From positions 1 through 63,250 of IMG/VR virus record IMGVR_UViG_3300048905_000034: a stretch of DNA of 63,250 nt. One strand, 5' to 3'. This DNA is from a virus. Positions 30,666-40,500 of this stretch are shown here, piece by piece (the first letter of the stretch is position 1; each line of letters starts with the position of its first letter). The position numbers and the translations under genes are program-made. Below the pieces are notes generated by a model, which had not been told where the DNA came from, made no database searches, and saw only the letters and a list, made by a program, of their open reading frames with translations.

Positions 30666-31319
30666 ATGACTACCACCCCCCAGAACCTCACATGGCACCA
30701 GCAACTAGCGCTGATGTCCCCCCTCAACCCCGCCCGCGTATCCAAGCGCGACAACATGTCCTACCTCGAAGCGTGGGACGTGAAGGCAAGCCTCATCAAG
30801 GTGTTCGGCTTCGGCGGGTTCTCCTCCGAACTGATCGAGTCAGAGATTCTCGATGTCCGCGAGGTCCCCAACCGGAGCAACCCCAACAAGATGAACCAGA
30901 AGGTCACGGCCAAGGCCGTCGTCCGCCTGACCATCCACCAGACCGGTGCCGTCTACACCGAAGCCGCAATCGCAGGCTCCATGCAACCGGACCTCACCGA
31001 GTCGATGGACATGGCCATCAAGTCCGCCGAGTCCGACGCCCTGAAGCGTGCGTCCATCTTCCTCGGTACGCAGTTCGGCCTGTCCCTCTACAACGCCGGG
31101 CGCACCACCGACATCGTCCAGCGCGTGTTCGCCCCGGATCAGCTGTGGCCCCGCCCCGACCCCAACGCCTTGCAGGACGAGGGCGAGAAGGCCGACCCGG
31201 CGGCAGAGGAAGCCGTCGTCGTCGACGAGAGCGAGTACAACACAACCCCCGAGCAGCGGGACGCGAACCAAGCCCTGCTGAACCGGGCGCTCCAAATGAA
31301 AGCCGCACAGACGGCCTAG
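30666..31319 (+). CDS. Rad52/22-family single-strand annealing protein
   Basis: ...KSAESDALKRASIFLGTQFGLSLYN... motif; paired with the exonuclease gene downstream. Confidence 0.6.
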   Translation: MTTTPQNLTWHQQLALMSPLNPARVSKRDNMSYLEAWDVKASLIKVFGFGGFSSELIESEILDVREVPNRSNPNKMNQKVTAKAVVRLTIHQTGAVYTEAAIAGSMQPDLTESMDMAIKSAESDALKRASIFLGTQFGLSLYNAGRTTDIVQRVFAPDQLWPRPDPNALQDEGEKADPAAEEAVVVDESEYNTTPEQRDANQALLNRALQMKAAQTA

Positions 31320-31338
31320 CAGTTGGTCGACCAACTGC
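31319..31338. repeat. PAL20 copy, perfect
   Basis: gcagttggtcgaccaactgc overlapping stop TAG 31317-31319. Confidence 0.95.
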
Positions 31339-31412
31339 TCCAATAGACCCCACAGGGGGCAGGTACCCCCCCAAGACGCCTGTCCCCTGTGGCCTTCCCC
31401 CGAGAGGACACC

Positions 31413-32465
31413 ATGTTTGATGACGAGGCAGAGGGTGACCTCCCAGCGGGACTCGTAGCGCTGATGGACACCGTGGACAGCGCGCCGGACATCGACCTTG
31501 TGAAGGTCGGCGAAGCCGCAGCCAACGCCTTCTACGAAGCTATCCAGAACGCCAGCAACAACACCGCCCGCTCGATGCAACAGCACGACTTCATGCTCGG
31601 CGTCAGCAACCTCGGGCACTGCAAGAACTACGCGGCGCTGATGATGAAGCAGATTCCGTTCTCCGATGTGCGGGACAAGACAGCCGCGTTCTTCGGGACA
31701 GTGGCCGGGGCAGCCATCGAAGCGCAGTTGAAGATCGACCACCCCGGCTGGGTGTTCCAAGAGAGTCTGTTCTTCCCGCTCCCCTCGGGCGGTGGTGTGG
31801 ATGCACACCCGGACCTCGTCATCCCGTTCGATGCACAGCAGCCAGAGCTTGGCTTCTACCAAGGCGTCTGGGACGGGAAGTCCAAGGCTGAACTGGAAAC
31901 CATCAAGAAGATTGGGCCATCCCAACAGCAGATTTACCAAGTCCACGCCTACGCCAAGGCAGCCATCGAGGCCGGACTTCTCAACCCCGCCTTCCCCATC
32001 GTGGTCGGGGATGTCTACTTCGACAGGTCCGGCAAGGACGTGATCCCCCATGCGGTGATGCACCTCTACACCGAGGATGTCATCACGTTCATCGACGAGT
32101 GGGTGAACGATGTGAAGTACGCCGTCATCCACCACGAGGATGCCAGCCGGGACATGCCGCGCGAGTGGTGCTGGTCCTACTGCGAGTACGCCACCGCCTG
32201 CCGGGGTAACGACACCGACGTGGAAGGGTTGCTGGAGGACCCCGACATCATCGCCGCCGTCGAGATGTGGGAGGAAGCCAAGGAACTGAAGGCGCAGGCC
32301 AAGAAGAAAGAGTTGGCCTTCAAGCGCACCCTCGACAACGTCACCGGATCAACAGGCACCTACAACATCCGGTGGACGGAGGTTGGCCCGGTGGAAACCA
32401 AGGCCAGCTTCCGCAGCGGATACAAGAAGCTCAGCATCACTAAGGTGCCGGGCGCGAAGAAGTAG
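31413..32465 (+). CDS. PD-(D/E)XK RecB-family / Cas4-like exonuclease
   Basis: GHC...D...DGKSK...QIYQVHAY (QxxxY) and C-terminal CWSYCEYATAC cysteine cluster. Confidence 0.7.
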   Translation: MFDDEAEGDLPAGLVALMDTVDSAPDIDLVKVGEAAANAFYEAIQNASNNTARSMQQHDFMLGVSNLGHCKNYAALMMKQIPFSDVRDKTAAFFGTVAGAAIEAQLKIDHPGWVFQESLFFPLPSGGGVDAHPDLVIPFDAQQPELGFYQGVWDGKSKAELETIKKIGPSQQQIYQVHAYAKAAIEAGLLNPAFPIVVGDVYFDRSGKDVIPHAVMHLYTEDVITFIDEWVNDVKYAVIHHEDASRDMPREWCWSYCEYATACRGNDTDVEGLLEDPDIIAAVEMWEEAKELKAQAKKKELAFKRTLDNVTGSTGTYNIRWTEVGPVETKASFRSGYKKLSITKVPGAKK

Positions 32466-32474
32466 GAGAGAACA

Positions 32475-32693
32475 ATGAACAACGGTCCACCGCTGAACCT
32501 GTTCGACTGGAACGTAATCGCGCAGATCGCAGTCATGATCGTCCTGTTCACCGTCGTCCTCATGATGCTCTTCCTGATGAAGGAAGCCTCAGCGCAGGCC
32601 GCGCACCGCCGCAATCTGGAGCGCATCGACAAGGAACGCTACGGGCGGCACCTCGGGGACGACGACGACGCGGCTCTCAAGGAGCATGGCTAA
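32475..32693 (+). CDS. small membrane protein, 72 aa
   Basis: TM helix IAQIAVMIVLFTVVLMMLFLM. Confidence 0.6.
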   Translation: MNNGPPLNLFDWNVIAQIAVMIVLFTVVLMMLFLMKEASAQAAHRRNLERIDKERYGRHLGDDDDAALKEHG

Positions 32694-33021
32694 GCAGAGG
32701 GGCGGCAACCCCGCCAAGGCCAATCAGGACCCGGCCATCACCAAGCTCGAAAAGACCGCCACCGCTTCCGTCGAACTCGTCAAGGACCTGCGGTTCCACC
32801 TGACGGAGGATGTCTACCTGCACCTGCGCGCAGGCTCCCTCGGCCTCCTGTGGGTGATGGCAGCCCTGACCGGCAAGCCCAGCCCAGCCGATGTCGTCGA
32901 CGCCGACGTACGGAGCATTGACCAGATCAAGGCTGACGTTTGGGAGGAAGCTGCGGTGGCATACCGCAAGCTCCACCCCGGGCCTTGGCCCACCAACCCA
33001 TACAAGCGGAGGAAGAGATGA
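32686..33021 (+). CDS. hypothetical protein, 111 aa
   Basis: Track ORF. Confidence 0.6.
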   Translation: MAKQRGGNPAKANQDPAITKLEKTATASVELVKDLRFHLTEDVYLHLRAGSLGLLWVMAALTGKPSPADVVDADVRSIDQIKADVWEEAAVAYRKLHPGPWPTNPYKRRKR

Positions 33022-33101
33022 CGATTGGCCGCTGTAACGGCTGTGGCGAGTACATCGACATGGTCAGCGACCACGGACCCGGATGCAAGAGGAGCCAATG
33101 A
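33018..33101 (+). CDS. zinc-ribbon micro-protein, 27 aa
   Basis: MTIGRCNGCGEYIDMVSDHGPGCKRSQ; ATGA overlaps at both ends. Confidence 0.4.
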   Translation: MTIGRCNGCGEYIDMVSDHGPGCKRSQ

Positions 33102-33382
33102 CCGAGTGGCAGGACACGCCCCTCCCCGGGATGGAGGACCTTCCGACCAAGCAGGTTAGGGAGCGGTCCAAGAAGGACGACGACGATGCCGAACACAAGA
33201 TCAAGTACCGCCGGTACGCGGGTGCCCGCACAATCGTCTGCCACGACTGCGGCTATGAGGGTGCCAAGGTTGTCCAGCCAGCGACCCACATCCGCATCTA
33301 CCAAGGCTTCGAGCGATACCTGTGCAGCGCCCACGCCACCCACCGACGGGACTTCACCGACAACAAGGAAAGGACACAATGA
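33098..33382 (+). CDS. hypothetical Cys/His protein, 94 aa
   Basis: CHDCG...CSAH. Confidence 0.55.
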   Translation: MTEWQDTPLPGMEDLPTKQVRERSKKDDDDAEHKIKYRRYAGARTIVCHDCGYEGAKVVQPATHIRIYQGFERYLCSAHATHRRDFTDNKERTQ

Positions 33383-33624
33383 CCGCGCACAACCACCCCC
33401 AGTTCGCGCTGATCCAAACCCCCAATGGGGATGCCGTGCTCAACGTAGACGACATCAGCCACGCCATCCCATTCTCGGCGGCGGACATGCACCCTGCGTT
33501 CGGTGAGAACACCAACACCGGAGGCGTGCGCGTCCACTTCAAGGCCAAGGGCAGCACGCATCTGGACCTGCCCGGGATCACCCCGATGGCGCTGGCCTCG
33601 GCCCTGAACGGAAGCCCGTTTTGA
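33379..33624 (+). CDS. hypothetical protein, 81 aa
   Basis: ATGA overlap. Confidence 0.55.
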   Translation: MTAHNHPQFALIQTPNGDAVLNVDDISHAIPFSAADMHPAFGENTNTGGVRVHFKAKGSTHLDLPGITPMALASALNGSPF

Positions 33625-33628
33625 CCCC

Positions 33629-33648
33629 GCAGACGGTCGACCAACTGC
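33629..33648. repeat. PAL20 copy (2 mismatches)
   Basis: gcagacggtcgaccaactgc, 5 nt after stop 33624. Confidence 0.75.
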
Positions 33649-33661
33649 CGGACGAAATCGA

Positions 33662-33814
33662 ATGAGGCGCGGGTCCTCGAAGACAGATGACCCGATAGTC
33701 CCGTGCGACCGGTGCGGGCAATCGGCCTACATTTCCGACAAGTGCTACTGGGGATGCGTGCATCCCACCTGCGCCAAGTGCATCCCGTTCTTCCGCCGCT
33801 GGCAGCACGCCTAA
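33662..33814 (+). CDS. Cys-rich micro-protein, 50 aa
   Basis: CDRCG...CYWGCVHPTCAKC. Confidence 0.45.
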   Translation: MRRGSSKTDDPIVPCDRCGQSAYISDKCYWGCVHPTCAKCIPFFRRWQHA

Positions 33815-33832
33815 CCGATAGGAACCAGAACC

Positions 33833-33958
33833 ATGGCTATGTCCATCACCATCGAAATCAAGCTTGACGAGTCCGGCACGTACACCACCGCTGAAGCCGC
33901 CGTCATTGGCGCGCTGTTCAACGACGTGTCCAGCCCCGCCGACGACCAGACCGCGTAA
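33833..33958 (+). CDS. hypothetical micro-protein, 41 aa
   Basis: RBS TAGGAACC. Confidence 0.4.
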   Translation: MAMSITIEIKLDESGTYTTAEAAVIGALFNDVSSPADDQTA

Positions 33959-33971
33959 CCGAAAGAGAAGT

Positions 33972-34211
33972 ATGCAGACCCGATTGAAGTTCACCCGCCT
34001 CGGTATCCCCGGGATGGGCAAGCCCAATGACGTAATCCTGAAGGGCAACGCCGACGACGACACAATCATCGCGGCGATCAAGGAGGTAGGCCGTCCCCGG
34101 CATGCCACGTCCAACATCCGCCTCGTCAAGAATGCAGGGCATATGACCCTTGCGTTCTACGTCGATGGCGGGAAGCTTGGCGAAGGAACAATACAGAGAG
34201 AATGGCCATGA
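33972..34211 (+). CDS. hypothetical protein, 79 aa
   Basis: RBS GAAAGAGAAG. Confidence 0.55.
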   Translation: MQTRLKFTRLGIPGMGKPNDVILKGNADDDTIIAAIKEVGRPRHATSNIRLVKNAGHMTLAFYVDGGKLGEGTIQREWP

Positions 34212-34477
34212 CAGAGCTACCAACCCCCGAGCACATCACATACGAATGGATCGAGCGCGAGTCGCAGCTGTTGTCCTGCCGCGCCACCATTGACCGGACA
34301 CGACTGCAGGCATGGATCGACAGGCAGCCTGCTTTCACCATCAAGCCCGAGGAACTCGACGCCGATGACATCGCGGATTACCTCGATACCCACCCCGAGG
34401 ACTCCCTCAGTATTCGGCGGTTGCCCGGGGACGAGGTCTTGATCGAACCCTTCAACGCCAAAGTAGTCCAGCCGTGA
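34202..34477 (+). CDS. hypothetical acidic protein, 91 aa
   Basis: Track ORF. Confidence 0.55.
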   Translation: MAMTELPTPEHITYEWIERESQLLSCRATIDRTRLQAWIDRQPAFTIKPEELDADDIADYLDTHPEDSLSIRRLPGDEVLIEPFNAKVVQP

Positions 34478-34605
34478 AGCTCCTCCTGCGGTGCATCCTC
34501 TTCGGGCACCGCTGGGAGGAGCGCCCGCCCCACAGAATGTTCGACCTCAATGATTTCGACTGCTCCAGATGTGGGGCATACAAGCGGCAAGGAATCTACC
34601 AATGA
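34474..34605 (+). CDS. hypothetical micro-protein, 43 aa
   Basis: GTGA overlap; H..C..C motif. Confidence 0.4.
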   Translation: MKLLLRCILFGHRWEERPPHRMFDLNDFDCSRCGAYKRQGIYQ

Positions 34606-35162
34606 ACTACCTCACCAGCCCGGTGGTCCCCATCTACATCGCTGTGGTCGCCACGGCGGGCACCGTCATCATCGTCGCCGTGATGGCGAGGCGCAGCAGG
34701 AAGCGCGAGGCTGAGGCGGAACGGAAGCGCATGGAGGAGCGCGTGCGCCTGCGCCTCGCCGCAGAGCGCGAGCGATACCCGTCAGGACGGCTCCGTGCCC
34801 CCAAGGACCCCATCCGACGGGTCGACGTGGTGCCCCGCAGTGCCCGGACGGGAATGTACCGGCCCCAAGGCAAGCGGCCCAGCACGCCAGCCCGCATTAG
34901 CGCCCCGGCTGCTCCCTCACAGCGCAGGACCGATGAGGGTATGGACCTGACGGGCATGCTGACCGCTGGCTGGCTGCTCAGCGGCTTGGTCAACAATGAC
35001 ACCAGCCGGAACGACAGCCCGAGCTACGATCCCAGTCCCAGCTACGACCCGTCCCCCAGCCCCAGCTATGACAGCGGCTCGTCGTCCAGCTACGACAGCG
35101 GGTCGAGTTCGTCCAGCGACAGCGGCGGCGGCTTCGGCGGCGGCGACAGCGGGAGCTTCTGA
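34602..35162 (+). CDS. membrane protein with a Ser/Pro/Tyr/Asp repeat tail, 186 aa
   Basis: N-terminal TM helix; repeats SPSYDPSPSYDPSPSPSYDSGSSSSYDSGSSSSSD. Confidence 0.6.
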   Translation: MNYLTSPVVPIYIAVVATAGTVIIVAVMARRSRKREAEAERKRMEERVRLRLAAERERYPSGRLRAPKDPIRRVDVVPRSARTGMYRPQGKRPSTPARISAPAAPSQRRTDEGMDLTGMLTAGWLLSGLVNNDTSRNDSPSYDPSPSYDPSPSPSYDSGSSSSYDSGSSSSSDSGGGFGGGDSGSF

Positions 35163-35329
35163 TGGAACGTGAGGACCTGTACGAGGCAGCGGTGCGCGCC
35201 GTCCTCGATCTGTGCGATGAGGCCGAGGACGACGCATCAGATGAGCGTCCAGTTCCTGCAGTGGTTACCACCATGGACCTGCGCAAGGTCATCAAGGACG
35301 CCCTGCTAATGGATCAGGAGGAGGCATGA
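35162..35329 (+). CDS. hypothetical acidic protein, 55 aa
   Basis: TGATG overlap. Confidence 0.45.
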   Translation: MEREDLYEAAVRAVLDLCDEAEDDASDERPVPAVVTTMDLRKVIKDALLMDQEEA

Positions 35330-35424
35330 AGCGCCTGATACTTACCTGCGCCTGCATCATCGGCGCAGGACTCCTGCTGGGCTTCCTCGCCTTCCTCCTG
35401 TCCCTGTGGATGATTAGGCCATGA
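35326..35424 (+). CDS. small membrane protein, 32 aa
   Basis: MKRLILTCACIIGAGLLLGFLAFLLSLWMIRP. Confidence 0.45.
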   Translation: MKRLILTCACIIGAGLLLGFLAFLLSLWMIRP

Positions 35425-35546
35425 CCAAGCCACCCCGCCACACGCACCTCACCCGGGACATCAAGCCCCGTGGTGAGTGCCCAGCCTGTGATGCCGCTTG
35501 GAAGGTCATGGACGAATCGGAGTGGATCAGGAAATCCGATGGATGA
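35421..35546 (+). CDS. hypothetical micro-protein, 41 aa
   Basis: ATGA overlap; CPAC. Confidence 0.4.
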   Translation: MTKPPRHTHLTRDIKPRGECPACDAAWKVMDESEWIRKSDG

Positions 35547-35646
35547 CGACTACTACGATGACTACTGGGATGACCGGGTCTGCTCATACCCGTGCCACGT
35601 CTGCGGTGAGACTGACCCAGATGAGGAAGATAGTAAGGATGCTTAG
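35539..35646 (+). CDS. acidic zinc-ribbon micro-protein, 35 aa
   Basis: MDDDYYDDYWDDRVCSYPCHVCGETDPDEEDSKDA. Confidence 0.4.
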   Translation: MDDDYYDDYWDDRVCSYPCHVCGETDPDEEDSKDA

Positions 35647-35652
35647 CACTTG

Positions 35653-36018
35653 ATGGAGTGGAAGCTCTACCTGCATGAGGCGAACCACCTCAATGCCAAC
35701 ATGCGTCTGCACTGGAGGCCGGAGAACGACCGCAAACAGGTCCTCCGTGCCCTCGGGCGGGCGCATGGCCGGAAGCTCGGCAAGCATGAGAAGGTTCGGA
35801 TCGAGGTGGCAGTTTCCTACCCCCGCAACAAGTCGCGCGACGTGAACAACCTGCAACCGACGATGAAGTATTACATCGACGGGCTGGTGGACGGAGGCAA
35901 GGGCATCCTGCCGGACGACTCCGACGAGTACGTGGTCGGCCCGTTCATGACCCACTCCGGCCAGCGCAGCGACCGCGTCGGGCACTACCTGTTCGACATC
36001 ACCATGACGGACATCTAG
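35653..36018 (+). CDS. rusA: RusA-like Holliday junction resolvase
   Basis: RDVNNLQPTMKYYIDGLVDGG..ILPDDSDEYV matches the D.DN..K...D.L...DD signature. Confidence 0.75.
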   Translation: MEWKLYLHEANHLNANMRLHWRPENDRKQVLRALGRAHGRKLGKHEKVRIEVAVSYPRNKSRDVNNLQPTMKYYIDGLVDGGKGILPDDSDEYVVGPFMTHSGQRSDRVGHYLFDITMTDI

Positions 36019-36037
36019 CAGTTGGTCGACCAACTGC
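36018..36037. repeat. PAL20 copy, perfect
   Basis: Overlaps the rusA stop. Confidence 0.95.
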
Positions 36038-36041
36038 CAGC

Positions 36042-36083
36042 GAACCCCCCACTTCCTAGAGGGCACTCGGAAGTGGGGGGTTC
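36042..36083. terminator. bidirectional terminator at the convergence of the two arms
   Basis: 15-bp stem gaaccccccacttcc / ggaagtggggggttc, 12-nt loop, tcttgt after. Confidence 0.75.
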
Positions 36084-36132
36084 TCTTGTACCCGGCACAG
36101 GAGACGCGCCCACGCCGGGAGCCTTCATCTTC

Positions 36133-36429
36133 TCAGGGTTTTACCGGGGAACCGGGACGGGTCGGCCTGTAACCCACCGCAAGACCCATGGACACGAGGT
36201 TGATCGCGGTGATGATGACGTTCATTGCCTGCGCCGACTTACCCGCGTCCAGCCATCCAAAGATCGGGAGCAACCCGAAGATCATCAGGCACAGGGCGTT
36301 GAAGGCAAGGCAGCCCACGTACACGACAGTCCGGGTTCTGGCCGAAACGTATGGCGGGGTGCCGGTGGCCTCGTCAGCTTCAACAGCCTCCCCGTTTGCC
36401 GCCACGTGTCGTCCTTCTGCATCAGCCAT
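36133..36429 (-). CDS. holin-like two-TM membrane protein, 98 aa
   Basis: ATG 36429 after GCAGAGGGAGAAAAAG; last gene of the late arm. Confidence 0.5.
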   Translation of the reverse strand: MADAEGRHVAANGEAVEADEATGTPPYVSARTRTVVYVGCLAFNALCLMIFGLLPIFGWLDAGKSAQAMNVIITAINLVSMGLAVGYRPTRPGSPVKP

Positions 36430-36728
36430 TACTTTTTCTCCCTCTGCTCTACCTTGTCGGGCCATGGAGGTATGCGGTGCATCGTGACCCCTGCCTGCAC
36501 CAGTCGCAGGCGCAGGACGCCCGCGTACTCTTCAAGCTTGCGGCGCAATTCCGCTTCAGTTTCCGAACGGCGCTCGGACTCAGCCAGCCGGTCAAGGATC
36601 GACTGGTTGTGTACCTTCTCAGTCTGCGCGCGCCCGGTACGCCATGCGATGAGGCCATCGACAAGCTTCGGGATGATGACTGAGAAGCCTCCCACCCCGA
36701 TGATGGCGGTCCACATCTCAGGCGTCAT
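36429..36728 (-). CDS. membrane-anchored coiled-coil protein, 99 aa (lysis-associated?)
   Basis: N-terminal TM helix WTAIIGVGGFSVIIPKLV followed by charged helices. Confidence 0.5.
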   Translation of the reverse strand: MTPEMWTAIIGVGGFSVIIPKLVDGLIAWRTGRAQTEKVHNQSILDRLAESERRSETEAELRRKLEEYAGVLRLRLVQAGVTMHRIPPWPDKVEQREKK

Positions 36729-36734
36729 GGCGGC

Positions 36735-37175
36735 TCACATCCGGGGGTCTAGGTAGGCCCATTGGATACGGAGGTACCTCTTGAAGATGTCCCCGAGGGC
36801 AGCAAACAGAAGGGCGACAATTAGCCAGATCGTATAGGAGGTGGCCTTGCCAGAGAATGCGAAGGATATGCAGGCGGGCAACAACAGCACCCACCCCAGA
36901 CCCACAACAAGTAGGGCTACCCGCTCAAGCCACCAGTTGCCGAACAGGACCGCAAAGCCCCCCATAATCCCGCCGACGACAAGGATGGTGCCGACAACCA
37001 CCGACAGCACTGGCCCGATTTGTCCCGTCAGGATATTCGGAATGCCCCCGAACGCAGCGAGGAAACCTGCGGCTGCAGCCATGAAGTTCGTGATGACCTG
37101 TGCGGCGTTGATTGCCTTCGGTTCTCGGAACATCATTAGCGTTTTTGGCTTGCCGCCACGCCCCAGCTTGCTCAC
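36735..37175 (-). CDS. four-TM membrane protein, holin-like, 146 aa
   Basis: GTG start after AGGGGG; multiple hydrophobic helices. Confidence 0.5.
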   Translation of the reverse strand: MSKLGRGGKPKTLMMFREPKAINAAQVITNFMAAAAGFLAAFGGIPNILTGQIGPVLSVVVGTILVVGGIMGGFAVLFGNWWLERVALLVVGLGWVLLLPACISFAFSGKATSYTIWLIVALLFAALGDIFKRYLRIQWAYLDPRM

Positions 37176-37255
37176 ATCTGCCCCCTATTCAGACACTGTA
37201 AAACACCACGGCCCAGCGCGGTGGTACATTGCGAGATTTTGACTGCCCTCATTTG

Positions 37256-37275
37256 GCAGTTGGTCGACCAACTGC
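37256..37275. repeat. PAL20 copy, perfect
   Basis: Intergenic between 37287 and 37175. Confidence 0.95.
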
Positions 37276-37286
37276 GGGTTGGAAGG

Positions 37287-37547
37287 CTACTCCGCATGGC
37301 CTTCGCCTTGGCCCGATGCCGCTAGGCGGCGCTCCAGTTCGGAGACGGTGGCTTCAAGCTTCATGATCCTGCGGCGCAGTTGGATGTTGGTGAACTGTTC
37401 GTCGGCAGCCCTCTGCTGGTACTCCTGTATGTACCCCACAAGATCGGCATTCTGCTCGGCGATGGCCCGGACCGTGTCCTCGTTGTTCTGCGGTTCCGAA
37501 GGTGTTTCAGACATTGGCGTCTCCTGTGCTGTGGGTGGGGCTGACAT
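37287..37547 (-). CDS. coiled-coil protein, 86 aa
   Basis: Track ORF after the fibre gene. Confidence 0.55.
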   Translation of the reverse strand: MSAPPTAQETPMSETPSEPQNNEDTVRAIAEQNADLVGYIQEYQQRAADEQFTNIQLRRRIMKLEATVSELERRLAASGQGEGHAE

Positions 37548-37571
37548 TGGCGATTTTACTGGCGATCCCGT

Positions 37572-40500
37572 TTACGACTCCAGCACATCGAGGCGTTCCA
37601 GCACCTCCGCCAGCGTTTCGGCCAGCACCTCGCCCCTCTGCTGCAGGAGCTTGATCTGCGCCAGCGCCAGCCGGTCGTACATCAGGCCCTCGACCTCGCC
37701 GTCCTCCCCGTAGACCACGAAGGCGTCGCCGCCTGCGGCCAGCACGTCCTCGGCGATGGCACCCGGGATGCGCTTGAGTGAGATCGCGTCGAAGCGCTGC
37801 TGGTCCGTCTCGCTGAGGGGGGCGGGCTTGTCGTAGAAGCTGCTGTACTCCTCCGCTGCAGCGAGGTCGATCCAGTTCTTCACATCGACGTCGAGCAGTG
37901 TCTCGGGCAGTTCCATGACCTCGGGCAGAATCTTGTACTTCGACGCCGAGGTCGAGCGGAACATGCCGCCGTCCGTGGTGATCCAGACGTTGGCGCTGTT
38001 ACCGGTGGTCTTGCTGTAGATGCCGGGAGCCTGCGTGTAGAAGCTGCCGGACTCAAACCTGACGTTGCCGCCCGCCGCCGTCAGGGTGATCTGGTCGCCC
38101 TTCAACTGCATCGAGTGGTAGCCATCCACCGGGGACCATGCGCCCATGATGAAGGGCTGCTCGATGCGCATGTTCTGGACGGAGTTCGCGCCGAGGGAGA
38201 GCACGAGGTCGCCTTCAACGCGGACGAAGCCGGGGTTGCTGGCCTGCCCCACGATGGAGCGGTCAGGTGCCCTGTGAACAAGCTCCGGGTCCCCCGCTAT
38301 CGAGTAGCGCATGAACGTCGACGCCTCGTTGACGCTGGTGCCGCCGCCGTAGGAGTACACGATGGCAGGCAGGCCCCAGATGGACGAGTTGACGAGTTGG
38401 ATGCCTCTGGTGCCGGGCCGGGAGGTCATCAGGTCGCCGACCATCATGTTCGCCCCGGCGGCACCGCCAATGTCCACGATGATGTTGCCGCTGCCGTCGT
38501 ACTGGCGGAAGCCGTTGGCGGTGTTGATCTTGATGCCACGGCTCGCAGTGGTGACGGTCTGGAACGTGGCACCCGTGATGGTGTGCTTGGACGTGATCGC
38601 ACTGGCCTTCAACTGGCCGGTGTCCACCGCGTCGTTGATGAGGATGCCGCCGCGCAGCGTGCCGATCCACGCGGTATCCGCCGTCAGGTCGTTGACATCA
38701 ATCTCGTCGCCGCCGAGCTTCTTGAAGTGGAGGATGTCCGTCCACATCTCGTCGGTGACGGTCAGGTGCTTGGCGAGGATGCCGCCATCCACGATGAGAT
38801 TGGCATCCACCTTCTTGCGGAAGTACATGCCGTCGTTGTAGAGCGACACCCAGCCCGTTGTGCCACGGTGCTCGATGCGCGCACCCATCTTGATGACGTT
38901 GGCCGGGATGGTGAACTCCCACACCGGGATGCGCTCAGTTGCCGGGGTGGTCAGGTTCGGGGTGATGGTCGCGGAGGACCAGCCAGACGTAGTGCCGTCG
39001 TCCTTCACGAAGGTGACGTACATCTTCGTGGTGATCCCCGCGTCGTTGGCGTAGAACCGACCGGAGAACTCGTACTTCTCGCCCGCGATCACCGGAAGCC
39101 AGTTCGTCTTGTCCGCCACGCCGGGGGTGGAGTCGTAGTCGAGCAGGTTCAGGTAGCCCACGCTCGGCCACGACGGGGTGGCGTTGCCGTAGCGGAGCGC
39201 CTGCATCCCGACGCCGGAGACGTAGGTGTCCCAGCCGGTCGCGTTGCCGAACTTCTTCGCCCGGGACTCCGGCGCTTGGAACAGCGGGTCGGGGACCATG
39301 TTCGTCCCGGCAGTGACCACCAGCATGTCCGTGGTGATCTTGCGGGAGTTGACCACGTCGGTCCACAGCTTGTCGATCACTGCGGAGTTGATGGATGCCG
39401 CGCTGGCGACCAGCTTCTCGACCCCGAGGTTCTGGATCAGCGAAGCCTCGGCCACCCGGCGGAACTGGATGTCGTCGATGTACGCGAAACCGGCGGTGTG
39501 GTCCGACTGAATTTGGATGTAGAACGACGTGTCCCCGGCGAGCGCCGTGACTGTCATCTCAACGGGCGTCCACACGCTGCGGGTGATCGCGTTGAACGGG
39601 GCGGACAAGATGTGCGTGGTGCCCTGATCGCCGAAGCGAATCTTTGAGCCGCCGGAGGTGCCGTTGAACGAGGCGTCGATGTACGCCCAGAACTTCACGT
39701 TCCACTGCTCCCCCTCCTTCACCCGGGTGTCGTTGGTGAACAGCGAGGACTGCGTGCCGGTGCCCGGACCCAGCCGCAGGGAGGACGTGCCGAACTTCTT
39801 CTGCGTGGTGGTGATCGTGTGCAGGGCGTTGAGAGTCCACGGGACCGCGCTCGCGTCCTCGAAGTCCGAGCCGATGGCGATGTTGGCAAAGTCGCCGACG
39901 AGAAGCTGCTTCGCCGTCACCGCATTCGTCGCCAGCGCCAGCGAAGTGATGGAGCCGTTGACGATCATCGACGCTTCGGTCATCCGGTACATGGCCATCG
40001 ACCCGGGTGTGATGGACGCGGTTCCGACATACCCGCCGAACCGGATTTCCGGGAGCACCCAGTACGCGGTGTCTGGGACAACCGTGTCGTAGCTGTAGGT
40101 TCCCGAAGTGGTGAACGGGGTGTTCGTCGGGGACGCGGCGGCGACTGTCGCGGAGCCGTCCTTGGTGCGGAACGTGAACCGGAGGTCGCCGTTGAAGCCG
40201 CTGCCCCCGGCCACGATCCCCGCGTCGATCCGCCACCGCTCGCCGGGCCGCACCGGAATCCAGCTAGCGAACGTCGTCGAGGTCTGGGTGACGCCAGTGG
40301 GGCGGAAGTAGTAGTTGCCGGTCGTCGGCATGGCGGCGTCGAAGTTGCCGGTTGTCGCGTTCACCGACCAGACGGATGACGTGCTGGTGGAGTTCGCTAT
40401 CCGCAACGCCGTCATGGCGGGCTGGACGAACACCGGGTCGGGGATAACGTTCAGCCCGAACCCGGCCATCAGCCGGTCCACGGACAGGGTGCCGATGGTG

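Noticed and set aside
31327-31332. The SalI site (GTCGAC) at the centre of symmetric copies as a restriction-related signal
   Set aside because: GTCGAC also occurs outside the palindromes (for example 5522-5527), so there is no avoidance pattern. This is pure speculation without host data.
9018-36037. The palindrome family as a CRISPR array
   Set aside because: Spacing is irregular (0.1-7 kb), the units are 20-bp self-complementary sequences with genes between them, and there are no cas genes.
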